A DNA stretch of 63,798 nucleotides, the filler included, from Bipalium vagum (lineage: Eukaryota): the NCBI GenBank assembly GCA_037834085.1. It is 3 parts of 3 records of this genome, joined end to end, with 100 filler letters (N's around TTAATTAATTAA, not from the genome) between each part and the next. Parts side by side here need not be neighbours in the genome. Positions count along the whole stretch, not along the records: positions 1 to 17,427 come from JBBMKC010065984.1; positions 17,528 to 47,900 come from JBBMKC010270533.1; 1 more part is not named here. The stretch is one strand, 5' to 3'. Shown piece by piece: positions 12,791 to 25,228 of the stretch. Below the pieces are notes generated by a model. That model did no database searches. It was not told where the DNA came from and saw only the letters and a program-made list of their open reading frames with translations. Made by a program: the position numbers and the translations under genes. How positions within the stretch are numbered: position 1 is the first letter of the stretch; the number at the start of each line of letters is the position of its first letter.

Positions 12791-14439
12791 CCAACGGGCG
12801 ATTTTATAAAGACGTTTGAATATATTAAAATAATAATCATTTTATTTATGATCGCAAATTATTTTAAGTGAAGCATTTATAATTTTTCCTGAATTAGAAA
12901 TATATTATTTTATTTAATTAGGATTTTAAAATTAAAAATTCACGCGGTTTGACTAAACTCATTTAATGAATTATCAGACTCACAAAAGACTGATTAAAAC
13001 AAAATTAATTTAATTTAATTGTATTTTATTTAATTATTTACTGACTTATTTTAAATAAATAACGGTTTATTTAATTAAAATAAATAAAAATAAATAAAGT
13101 TTTAGTTTGAAAAATTATATTTATTTTAAGCATGATTTAATAAAATAAATAAATAAGTTGAAATGTATTTTAATAGAATTTGTGTTCAGCAGCCATTTTG
13201 ATGTTGAGACTCAACTGAAAATATTTTTATATTATTTATAAAAATTAAAATAAAATCTGTCACATTAAGAAAACGTTTCAATATTATTTTCATTTGCTCT
13301 TGTGAAGAAATAAATCCACATGAATAAATATTTAATTATTAATATTTAGATAATTATTAAATGTAACATTTTCTTCTTTATCTTCCAGTTTTCAGTGCGA
13401 TCACTTGGTAAATCAATAATTATTTTTTTTATTATTTTCAAAATTATTTTCAAATCATTTTACTTGGTTATTAAATTTGCTAAGCGAACATTTTATTTTC
13501 AAATAATTTTCCGAACACTTCTCAAAACACCCGAAGATTTTATTTTTCGTTTATCATTTTTTTTCTTTTGAGTCAATCAGTGGTGAAATTGAAAGATATT
13601 TTTCTTAATTTAGGTTCGTGTATACCACAATGTACAAAAGTACTCCTAAGATAACAATGATAACGCTTTAACAAATCGTCACAAAGATTTCAAATAACAA
13701 TGATAGCAAGTACTAAATTGTCGAATAGGTACGAGAATAAAAATAATACTAGTCACCAAATTATCTAATTGAACATTCGCACAATCCGTTAATTAATCAA
13801 AGATCAAATCCGTTAATCAATCAAATGTTATAATTAATTGATAATATTCAAAAATCAATTAATCAATAATTAAATGTTTTTTATTGATAAAATGTTTTCA
13901 ATAAAAATACATAATGAAAGTTATATACTTGACGAGATAACTCCTGTTGAGATTCTCGAACTATTAGTTGAGCCCTTGTGGTTGCTCAGATATAACCCTC
14001 TAATGGAAAACCAGAATATAAATTTCAATACTATTCAGACCACCATCTGAAGTGAAATTATTATCACTTATTATTATTACGGAAATCATGATATGTGAAA
14101 TTCTTTCTAAAAAAAATGAAGACTTACCTCTAACAGAGAAAGTGACTATATTGAAAAGGTAGAAAAAATTAAAATTTCAATTTTTACGATATTTATTTTC
14201 AACACAATCATGGCTTATTGGAAAATGTGTCACGACTTGGAATAAAAATTGGATTTATACGCTAAGACCAATGGTACAACCTAATGACATTTCATTAGAA
14301 AACACACAACAAAGAAGAAAAACCAAAGAATTCGGTGGTTATCATGAATTATCATTCATTTTCAGATGGTAAGTCTCACCAATCAATTAAAGAAAGGCAT
14401 ATAAGAACTCTTGGATCATATTTTTTGACCGAATCGACT

Positions 14440-14720
14440 ATCTAGTATAAATTTTGACCGGTCAATTACACCAAGCACTATTTCTTAACAGAATCTGTCA
14501 AAAAAGTTGGTCCTATTCCAAATTGTCTAAGAACGCATATGATGTTCATCGAATGGTCAACTACAAGATGAATTTTGCTGACAGGAAGACTGGATCCCAC
14601 ACCCCTAGAACTGAAGACTAAGATCGTGGCAATGAAGCGAGTTTATGGTAATGTCTTGGACTCATATCTATATGAATGAATGTGGAGTCAAATTATTCAA
14701 TCAAAGAATTACCAATCAAC
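14440..14720 (+). mobile_element. Merlin (IS1016/ISXO2-like) transposase remnant
   Basis: YSKLSKNAYDVHRMVNYKMNFADRKTGSHT ... LDSYLYE.MW matches the Merlin pattern H..VNHS..FVDP.TG.HT ... L..YL.EFMW. Confidence 0.65.
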
Positions 14721-15252
14721 TTTCACCTACTAAATTTGTAAAAAATTTGTGTTCCTTATTTTTCTTAACTAAAACAATTTTGACCGGTCTATTCAATGAA
14801 GTATTAATTTTCAATCTGTAAAAAAACATGATCTGAACTCTTACGCCGACCTCATACGATACATGTATCATATCTTCCCACTGCAAACCATTTAGCAATT
14901 AGGTCTTATGAAGCTGTTAATATTGCGATCAGTGATGCTAATATTTCAGGTTGGAAAGTTTTAAAGCTGTTTTGTACATGAATGTGCATTGTGAAAAAAC
15001 ACTGCCATTGTATATTTCATTAAACGGTCCTCTGTAAGTGTCTTTTATTTAAAGTTATTTTTAATTTTAAGACTTCCTTTGCCTATCTTAATTAAATTTA
15101 ATATCATCAATCGTCAATAATTATATATTATTGTATGGGCTGGAGCGGAAGTATAACGAAAGCGTCAAAACTCGACTAAAGTAACATTTATTAATCAAAA
15201 TAAAATCTATGGGGCCCAATGTGTTTCTAGCAAAAATTAAACAAGTTTATTG

Positions 15253-16692
15253 TAGGACTGTTAACGACTAAACAATGTTTAATATTTAACTTTATGCAAA
15301 TTATCGATTAATCAATAGTTAACTTTCAAAATGAAAATCAAAACATAATAATAGCTAATATGCATTTATTAAAAAAACACAGTTTCTCAGGTACATATCA
15401 TTGGATAACCAACAGCGTGAAAAAACTAGCAAGTTAACGACATTAGGTTCAAGCGATGAACACTTCTTGTTAACAATATGACCAACAGAGCTAAATATTT
15501 GTTTGAAACTCAAGCTAACAGGATGCACAAAGCTCACTTTGCTAAAAAAGATAATTTTGGATAACGATTTCTTAAAGTTTCCACTATTATAATTGATGAG
15601 GAAATTCGGGAAACCTTTTTTCATCCTTGGTATCTATAGTTCGTCAGAATTATTTTCAGTGTTTCAATCAATCAGTTTTATTTATTTAAAAAATGGGCTT
15701 GTCTATCTCTACTTTTACCTGATTGCCATAAAACTGTTTTGAGATATACATAGCGTGATTTCTTCATGTGTAATTTTCCAAGAATTTTCCTTTAATTTTT
15801 TAGACAAGCATTTTAAACTTTTGTACCGTGGGTAAAGTGTTGTGGTAATTCGTTATACAAAATAAATAATTCAACATTGATAAGATTAGAAACACGGTCC
15901 ATGAAATTATTTATGGTAGCCGTTTTAAAATTTGTAATAGTCGGAATCGTCCTTATTTGGAATCAGGTTTATTAAAGGACGATATTAATAGTAAAATATA
16001 ATTAGAGATTACATATTTATAACCACAAAGTTATATCCATGCTTGGCGGAATAGATCCATAATCGAATGGCAATTGCCATCGCTTTTTTAATTCATCTCT
16101 TTTCAGCTCATATATATTTGTCATAGAGTCACCAATATTGTGCCGATTGTTTACAATCAATATTTTGAAGATATCCTCTACAACAGATATTGGTCTATCA
16201 TTCCTGGATACTCACTTAGCAAGGGCAGTTGTAGTTTCATTTTGAAATTACGATTTGACTTAAAACCCAAATTATTTAATTTTGTTTGATTCATCAATGC
16301 GGATGATTCTTCAAAACATTTATTTTTAATAGTCACTACGATTATGATAGTGAATTTCACGTGTTTTTTGCATGTGGTACATCAGTGAAATGATCGAACA
16401 CAAATGACTTGTCACAGTGCACACAATAAACTTTACCAGTATTCTTCACCAGGAATTTTGAAATAAAATTATCTTTTACCTTTCACGATATCACTTTATA
16501 TTTGGAGAGCTACTTGATTCGATCTGCAGCACCAATCACTTTCTTTTAAATTTCTTAAACGTAAGTAAAAATATTTGATTTACAGTTTAAAAATGATTTT
16601 AAATTAAAATATCGGAATTAATATGGATTATATAGGCAAATGAAAATTAATCGAAATTTTAATTTTTTTAATCGTTAACGTCCACAGCCCTA
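15253..16692 (-). mobile_element. Internally deleted hAT (Ac/ZBED-type) transposon with TIRs and an 8-bp target-site duplication
   Basis: Ends TAGGACTGT... and ...ACAGCCCTA; flanks GTTTATTG (15245-15252) and GTTTATCG (16693-16700). Encodes a BED-finger remnant (KVYCVHCDKSF) and a hAT dimerisation motif (SFKQIFSSVGHIVNKKCSSLEPNVVNLLVF). Confidence 0.88.
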
Positions 16693-17427
16693 GTTTATCG
16701 ATATCGACCTGTGAGGTCATTTATGGTCTACACGAAAAAATTAGAAACCTCAAGGCTGATTGAATTCCATTGGTCCACTTTAATGTTTCAACAAGATCCA
16801 CGACAGCTAATCTAAAGACGAAAATTACTAATAATCACGCGAAGCATTATGATTAATTAATATTTAAAGCTATTATTATTATCAAAATAATAATATTATT
16901 ATATTTAATATTATATGATTTTAAGAGTTAAAAATCCAAAAAATATAATAAAAGAGAGATTGGCGCTCTTTGTAATATTAAAAAAATATATAATAATACA
17001 TTTTATATACTGATGTCCATGTCCAACTTAATTCAATTAGTCAGTAATTTCTTTGTAGCACCTTTTCCTTCTTATCCTCTATTGTCTGGGGATTCCGAAG
17101 TCCTACGTTGAAAGTGTCTTATTCGTTTCAATGAGTATATGTTAAGTAATATTACTTATTCATCTTTAATAAGGTTGTTTTTTTAATTTATTATTTTCAA
17201 ATTCATTTTTAGCGCGGAAAATAAAATAAATATACATAAAATTATAAATAATAAAGAAATAATATTATTAATGTGATATCCCGAGTATAACCTGCAGCTA
17301 ATACGTACATAAAGGCAACAATTTTGAATTGCAGCTAATATGATGTTCAACTTATACAACTAAAAACAATTCAAATCGAAGATAAGATTATTTATTTCAA
17401 TTTTCAACATCACACTCCTCAAAACCA

Positions 17428-17527
17428 NNNNNNNNNNNNNNNNNNNNNNNNNNNNNNNNNNNNNNNNNNNNTTAATTAATTAANNNNNNNNNNNNNNNNN
17501 NNNNNNNNNNNNNNNNNNNNNNNNNNN
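17428..17527. other. Artificial 100-bp scaffolding spacer (44 N + TTAATTAATTAA + 44 N)
   Basis: Identical structure at 47901-48000; the 12-mer has stop codons in all six frames. Confidence 0.95.
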
Positions 17528-18566
17528 AATAAGATTAATTATACAAATAGGTCCTGTAATTAATATTTACAAGTATAACCTTTGTTTTTAATAACAGATT
17601 TTATACGATTAGGCATTGAACTAACTAAAAAATATTTATATTTTGTTAATATTTTTATATATCAACCACGGAACTACCTATGTTGTTCAATAAACACATT
17701 AAAAAGATGTTTGTTCTAAATTTATTTTCAACTGTTGATCATCCAACCCTGACAGAAATGCTTAAAAACTATTGATATGTAAGATAAAAGATGTTAATAT
17801 AAAATCTATTTAGTAAAGTAAAATCCACGTATAAATGGTATTCAGGTTTGATATAACAAGTTTCTTAAAATGAAAACAAATTTTAAGGGAATGTTTTAAT
17901 AATTTACTAATTAAGCAATTATAAATCGATAAGGATTATAATAACAATAGAGCGATTACACATTGATACTGTAAAGAGAAATGATTAAAATCATTTAACA
18001 GGCTTAGTATGGATATTAGATTAGAGAAATATATTCAGAATTGGGGTCAAGGTGCTAGAGTGACCATTTTCTCTCACAAAGTCAGTTTGAAGTTACTGGC
18101 TCAACACAATCGTCCCATAAGTCATGCAGATCATGATAATAATTCTTAGTGTATTTCTGAAATTAAATTTTTATGACAGTGATCAAATAATGTCTTCATT
18201 GCTATTAAAATAATATTAAGGATATTAATAGTAAAACCTCGATATTTTTATTATTCTCTAAATTTTAAAAAGAATTATTTTAACGAAATTTAAAATAAAA
18301 ACAAAAATTTTAATCAATTTTTAAATTAAATAATTAATTTAAATGCATTTTAAAAATATTAAAATGTCAACTTTTACAATTTTTATATTAATAATAGTTT
18401 TCTTATATTATTTGAAATTTTTTAAAAATATTAATTAAATCTTAATTAAAAATAAAATACATCTATTTGTTTTGTTGAATTACCATTATTTATCTATTAT
18501 TAGATTTAAATAAATTTATTAGAACAAGTATAACTTAATTAAAAATAAAATATTTATTGCACAGAA

Positions 18567-21315
18567 ATGCCTAGATATCGTAGCAGAAGTAGAGAAATAA
18601 AGGTACGTTTCTTTTTTCTAATTATAATGTCTTATAAAACGTCCAGGATGATAGACGTGATAGACACCATGATGATCATCGAAAACGAAAATCAAATGAA
18701 TCAAGTATAGATAATCGAAGAGAAAGCGATGAGTACTTCAAGTCTAAATTGAAAAATTATTTATGATTATTACAGCTCTAAACATCTTTCAAGGAAGGAT
18801 AGACGAGAGAAAAGACGGTCAAAATCGAGATCTTCTAGTCCGAAACAAAATCACAACGATCCTGTTAAAAAGAAAGAAGTCAACGAAGTAAAAATAGCGT
18901 AAGTGAATTTTTACAATTTATACGTTATATTGATTTTTTAATTTCATATAAAATTTGTAAATTTAAATTAAATTGTATCAAAGTGAATTCAAATATGAAA
19001 TTGTATTTAGGTATTTTAATAAATTTCAAATATGTTTTAGCTTTTTAAAATTTAAATATTTTGAACTAAAAAGTAAAATTCTTGAAATGATACGTTTCGC
19101 TTTTGTGACAGATACGGTTTATGTTAAACGAAATTGCCCTTTAGATAAATTGGTGATTTTATTCGTAAGTAGATTTAATTATGAAATGCATACAATGTTT
19201 AACATCACCAATTTGTCCTTACTTATTTCTTCAAACTGCTTTTTTGTCTTATTAATAAAAAAATGAGCATTTCCTATATTTTTACTTGAAAGGAGAAATT
19301 TGATAAATTCATTTATTTTTATGTTCCTCAAAAATTCGTCTTCTTTATTGACAAGTTATACAATTTATTTCCAGCATTCGATCAGCTCGAATTTTTGCTA
19401 GATTATAAATTTGAACGAAATATTGATATAAATAGTGTTTTTTATAATTAGAAATAATCAATAAGATATCTTCAAATTTTAAAATAAATTTGAGATAAAT
19501 GCGCTACCAATACTACTACTGAGAGTCAATTATTTGGAAAAAATATTTTTATAACGCTTCTTTACAAAATTACAATGAACGATGTAAAATCGACTACGAG
19601 AATTAACATGCCTGAGAACTTTGTTAATTTACTAATTTTACGAGTTATAGTTTTTGCCTTATCCTCTTATCTCTTTGTTACAATACTACAAAATGCAGTG
19701 TAAATAATATTCTTATTAAAAATAACGAGAACGGTTCTAAATCATCAAAATTTTAAAGCAAACGATTCACTATGACCACGATTATTTTTATTTAATGTAA
19801 GAGAACCTATGCAATAGACAAAAAGTTATGATTGGTTAATTTTTATTGCTTGTGAATTTTAAGTTTGCATTTTCGAATAAATCTATCGATTTTAAAATTT
19901 TGAAAAAAACCATAAAAAATGTGTGTACCAATATTGATTATTAAAAATTTGACGGTTACCTTCATGATAATTGGACGAATTGTTTTTGTTTATTCAAGTC
20001 TGTTGGATTTCTCTGATTTCAATTGTCTTACAAAGCATAATTAACGTTTTTCTAAAACCAGGATTGTGTAATTCATGTTCTCACGTGTTGAATAATTAAA
20101 AACCATTGGACATTAAAAACCGTGGAACTGGCAAATAACGGTTATAGTAATATTTATTTCATTTAACTAGTATTAACAATTCTTTTATTTTACAGCGTGT
20201 CATGGTTACCGAAAAAATGGTCTCGTAAAATAATTGGTGCGCTTTAATTAACAAATTATTTATGATTTCTTCATTTAAAAAACGAAGGTTTTATTGATAA
20301 TAATTTCAATTATCACAGAAAGCAACAAAAAACAGAATCATTCAATGGTTTTAAAATTGATCATTGATTATTGATTTCCATTTTCAGATCGGAAGACGAA
20401 GACGATGATCAAGATAGTCGAACCATTTTTGTTTGGCAATTGTCCAAAAAAATTCGTCACAGCGATTTGAAAGAGTTCTTTTCCCGTGCTGGTGCTCTGA
20501 AGGATGTACGTCTGATCAAAGATCAGCGTACCAATCGTCCCAAAGGCATAGCTTATGTGGAGTTCTGCAAGGTTGAGTCCGTTGCCAAGGCTCTGACATT
20601 CGCAGGATCGCGACTGCTTGGCGTTCCGATTCAAGTGAGATTCTTTTGTGTCGGCAGACAGTATTTTAATCGATTCTGGCACTCCCAATCAGATAAACCA
20701 GGTCATGGACAAGCCTGATATCAGTGACGGGTCGTCGGGTCTGTTGGACAACGATTATGCGGACCGCGGCGGAGTAGGATTAGGTAACACGGGTCGATTG
20801 GCACTTATGGCAAAGTTGGCCGAAGGTACGGGACTAGAGTTGCCGAAACCGGCTCTGGAAATAATGAAATCGTCTTTGGGCAGTCAGAATTTCGCGGTCA
20901 GTGACATCGTGAACATGAAGCGTCAAGTTGCACTGGCCAGTGAATGCTTCGTGCTCGGGAACATGTTCGAAAATCCGCCGAAAAGCAGTAAATCCCAGCT
21001 GGACGCGTCGTTTTTCCAGGAATTGAAGGAAGATGTTGAAGAGGAGTGCAATCGACATGGGAAAGTTATCAATGTTTTTATCGACAAGCGTAGCCCGGGT
21101 GGTAATGTTTACACGAAGTGTGCTAATGTTGAAGATGCGCGGAAATGCGTTAACGTGATGCACGGAAGATATTTCTCAGGTTTGTGTTTGTTTTCGCAGT
21201 TTTTTGCTTGTCTCACCATCATTTTGTTCTCTTAGGTCGAATCGTGACTGCTACTTTTATAACTACGAGTACTTTTCATCAAATGTTATTGTCTTCGAAT
21301 TCTGGTGTTAAATAA
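18567..21315 (+). CDS. RBM39: RBM39/CAPER-type splicing factor (RS-rich N-terminus, RRM1, linker, C-terminal UHM), about 352 aa, lacking RRM2
   Basis: Exons 18567-18602, 18647-18732, 18776-18898, 20388-20634, 20693(or 20702)-21179 and 21236-21315, all GT-AG and phase-consistent. Motifs DSRTIFVWQL..KIR..DLKEFFS, KGIAYVEF, LLGVPI, TGRLALMAKLAEGTGL, CFVLGNMF, GNVYTKC and MHGRYFSGRIVTA. Confidence 0.9.
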
Positions 21316-21936
21316 TCATTTGAAAACGGTTGTAAATACATTTAATAAAGTTTTGATTTTATTATTTTATTTTTTCAAGGAAAACCTAAAAATATCGATT
21401 TTTACTGTATCTTATTCAATATTTGATTGTCAAATTCTATTTTAATTTTAAAAATTATTTATTTTCAAAATCATAGTGAAGACGAAAATTAGTAATCTCT
21501 GTCAATTAAAATTATGCGCCATATTTTTGTGAAATTTAACTAAATAAGTGAAAATTGATGTGAGTATTGCATTTTGCCGAAATTAAATTTAATATTACAC
21601 AAATAGCAACAAGATTTATTATAGTAAAACCAGTTAAAGATTTTTTTAGTGGAAAAAGATAAATTGATAATATTCAAAACTGAATTATAGCTGAAAAAAA
21701 AAGATGAACTGGCGTAAGATTTAAGATTATTTAGTTTATATGGTATTGCATCTCTTCATCTTTCTATTAACATACATGTATTTATATCATTTTCAATAAA
21801 TTCGCTCCACTTATTTTAATGAATTGCATAGAAAATATTTCGTCTGTGGTTTAATCAATCTTGTTTTATAAGATATCTTTTTTGTATCCTCATTATTTAA
21901 ACAGGCAATTAAATGCCTCATGAATGATAAGAATGA

Positions 21937-22823
21937 TGTTACATTTAGAAATATTTTGGGTTTGCCAAAGGCACAACCGCGACGATTATCATAATACGGA
22001 ATTGTGAATAATAATATTTATTTCAATTTTTTTTTAAAAAAATTGAATTTTCGTCAAAAAAGCCACATCAAAAGCCGTCTTTGAGCGTAGGGATTGGTGA
22101 TCGTAGAACACTTCCTACGACTATATAAGGAAACGCCAATCAGCATAAATGACCCCAAAATCTAAAAATAACTTTAAAAGCGACACAATTTTTTTTGGAA
22201 AAGTTTAGTCAAAAGGTGTTAGAGAAGATTATTCGACAGAGGTATTCAAGAGGATTATAAACTCGAAAAATTATGACAGATCCGCAAAAAGATTTAACAA
22301 ATGGACCAAGCGAGTTTTGGAATCCCTAGGCGACCTGAAAAGGGCCTAGTGGACGACATGAGGTTTCCTTGTCGCTCCTGAGGCTATTTACCTATTGTTT
22401 TTCTTTTTCAATAATTCATTGTTAATTATAATATTTTTCTTTAACTGTAAAATTGTCTCTGGTAATTATTTCGATTGGTGATAATTAATATTAAAATTTA
22501 AAAATTTTATTCGATTGCATATTTTGTTATTATTCATTGATATTTTGCGAACAGTGGAACATTTTAACGGGGTGCTTATTAGACATTAAATTGATACTGA
22601 TTCCGAGAGTGATTGAGATTTCTGTTCAGTTTTGCATATCAATAAAGTTTTGTTGTGATTGTTTTTAAATCAATTAGGGTGTGGATAACCTATTATTGTG
22701 GGAGTTTTGATTCAAATCGAGTTTAACTTTGTGCAGCGACAATAGAATTACGAGCACAACATTTTAAAGTTAAAAGATATCGATTACGAGCGAAAGGTTC
22801 TTTGATAGTGTATAATAGTAACA
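21937..22823 (+). mobile_element. Solo LTR-like element (887 bp)
   Basis: Perfect terminal inverted TGTTAC...GTAACA, TATA-like CTATATAAGG near 22121 and AATAAA at 22641. No clean TSD. Confidence 0.55.
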
Positions 22824-22859
22824 AATATGACTGGAATAAGAAAACAAATTTCATCCAAC

Positions 22860-23330
22860 TATCTGATTTTGAAAGACGTCGAATCATCATATGTTTCAGG
22901 GAAATTCCCAGACTTTTGAGGTAATTTCAATTTTTTACGGGCATGGAATTAGTGATGTGATAATGGCTTTTAGCATCTCCGCAGTGGCAGTGGACAATAT
23001 TTAAGCACCAATGAACCTGAAGTTAGAAACCTTCATCTCCTAACTATTAGAGACAGATTTATGCTGATCAAAAAAATTTATATAAAGTTGGAAAATGAAG
23101 CTCAGAAAAACGGTGTCCCTCAGCACTACATAGCGACGATTGAAAAGTATTGATCTGCGTTCATTCAGTCCAAAGAGATATTTACCATTGACATCACACC
23201 ATGAAGCCGCAGTCCTAACTTGGTGTCAAGAAAGACAACATTGAAGTGACGAATGAAATCGCATCATCTTAAGTGATGAGTCAAGATTCTGTTTTTTGCA
23301 AAGTGATGGTCACTTGAAAGTGAGACATTA
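22860..23330 (+). mobile_element. Tc1-like transposase 5' fragment
   Basis: SDFERRRII ... LTWCQERQH ... IILSDESRFCFLQSDGHLKVR. Confidence 0.7.
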
Positions 23331-23814
23331 CATTATTGAAAAGTCTATTTTAAAGCACTTCTACACTGATTTAGTTCATATTTCAAAAAAGACGACCGAA
23401 CTCAATGGAACCTAGAAGTAATAGTAGAACTTTAAAACTATATTTGGAAATAACTCAATAAATTTTTCTCAAAATTGTAGTTTTCTCAAATTTCTTCTGA
23501 TAAATAGTCTTTCCGAAAATTTTCGAAATTTCTTATTCGCAACAAAACAAACAAAAAAGCTTGTTTTTTTGCAAGAGCCTTATAAAAGGTTCCCCTTTTT
23601 TACACGAGCTTTGAAAACCTCTGAAAAATAAACAACTTTTATTTTAAAACCTTTTAAACACTTACAAATATGTACATTGCATTTTATATAGGACTTCACC
23701 TCTTCTAATTATATTATCAACAGGTAAAATATAATAATAAATTAAAGAATTAACTAAATAATAATAAAAAATTATAAAAATAAAATGAAAAAATACTATT
23801 TCATAAAAAAATAC

Positions 23815-24290
23815 TATTGTTTACAGTTTAATTCTTTTCAATTTTCTTGGACAAGGATGAAATGTTTTATTCCCACATTTGATTGTCTTAATTTTGAATA
23901 AAAGTTTTGAAATGATGAAATATTATCTTCATTCATTATTTGTATTATATCTTCAATTTTTATTTTGTTTGAATATATTCATATACAAGTAATTTTATAA
24001 GAATATGAAGTATACAAGAAGTATACAATCTTTTTCTTGTCAACTTAAACCTATAAATTCTAATCTATTTTGAATAAAAAATCTAAATGAATCCGTAATT
24101 CTTAAACAATCATTTGTAGTTAAATATATTTTTAATAAGATTTTGATAAATTTTTAATTTTTCTTTCAAATATTAAATGAGGTTCATATTTAAAATCATT
24201 TAAACATTCATATAAATAAATTTTATATATCTTGCTTGTGTTGGGTTTTTGAAAGTTGGTGTGTATTTTTTTGATTCTGACTTCTTAATA
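23815..24290 (-). mobile_element. Polinton/Maverick protein-primed DNA polymerase B remnant
   Basis: Reverse strand reads CLRITDSFRFF ... YEYI ... FQNFYSKLRQSNVG..HFILVQE, colinear with Polinton pPolB motifs LRFIDSFRF ... FPYEY ... FYSKL ... HAQ.VW. Confidence 0.55.
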
Positions 24291-25228
24291 TGTATTTATG
24301 AAAGTAATGTACCAATCAAAAGTAAGAGAAAAAAATAAAAAACTAACAAATTTTTATTTATTAATGACAATTTACAAAATATGTCTTTACAATAAACTTT
24401 GGTGATCGAAACAACAATTGATTTTTTAATTTAAAGAAATCATTTTGCACTAGGAAGAGTGAAGACGCCCTGTAGATAAAAATATCGAATTTGATAATAA
24501 ATTCACCAGAATGTAATTGGGGAAAATAAAGAAATGAAGAAACTGGGAAATTTATTAATTAGACAAAAACATAAAAGTGAAATTACATTCTCGTTCTGTA
24601 TAAATTTAATAATTTAGCTTTGTGAATATAATAATTCACTTACAGGTTAGTATTTGCCTTTTTTATTTTGTGACTTATGATAAACTTAATTCTTTAATAA
24701 TATATTTTTCTTTTTAAAATTTTTGTTTATTATTATAAAGTAAATGCTTTATCTTTAACTCTATGAATTAGTTTTTATAAAATATTTTTTTCAAATTTTT
24801 GAAAAGCAAAATTATGATTTTTAACCACCTATTTTTACAATTATTTTGAATCTACATATTTATTCATATTGACACTATTCGTATTTCTATATATTTGTAT
24901 TTCTATATTTGTATTTGCTGTCATTTATTAATTTTTTTGCAACAATTGTGAGATAATTTTGCTTGATTACGTGATTTTAGATATTTCATACAAATTATTA
25001 CTTATTTTAATTCTAATTATTAAATTTCTTATTATTTTTAGTCTTATTATATAATTTTTATTTATTATTATTTTTTTGTATCATATTATTTACTTTAGAC
25101 CTACGGATGCTAGGTCGCCTGACGGTATATTTTATTTATACTATTTCTATTTAATTTTATTTCAAATTTGAACTCATATCCGGTCAGCATAATCTAATTG
25201 TATTATTTATATTATTTATGTATTATTA

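Noticed and set aside
17472-17483. Palindromic TTAATTAATTAA island inside N runs (also 47945-47956)
   Set aside because: The identical 44N-12-44N layout and six-frame stops mark an assembly linker, not biology.
20368-21163. Minus-strand ORFs of 106 and 109 aa
   Set aside because: Antisense shadows of RBM39 exons.
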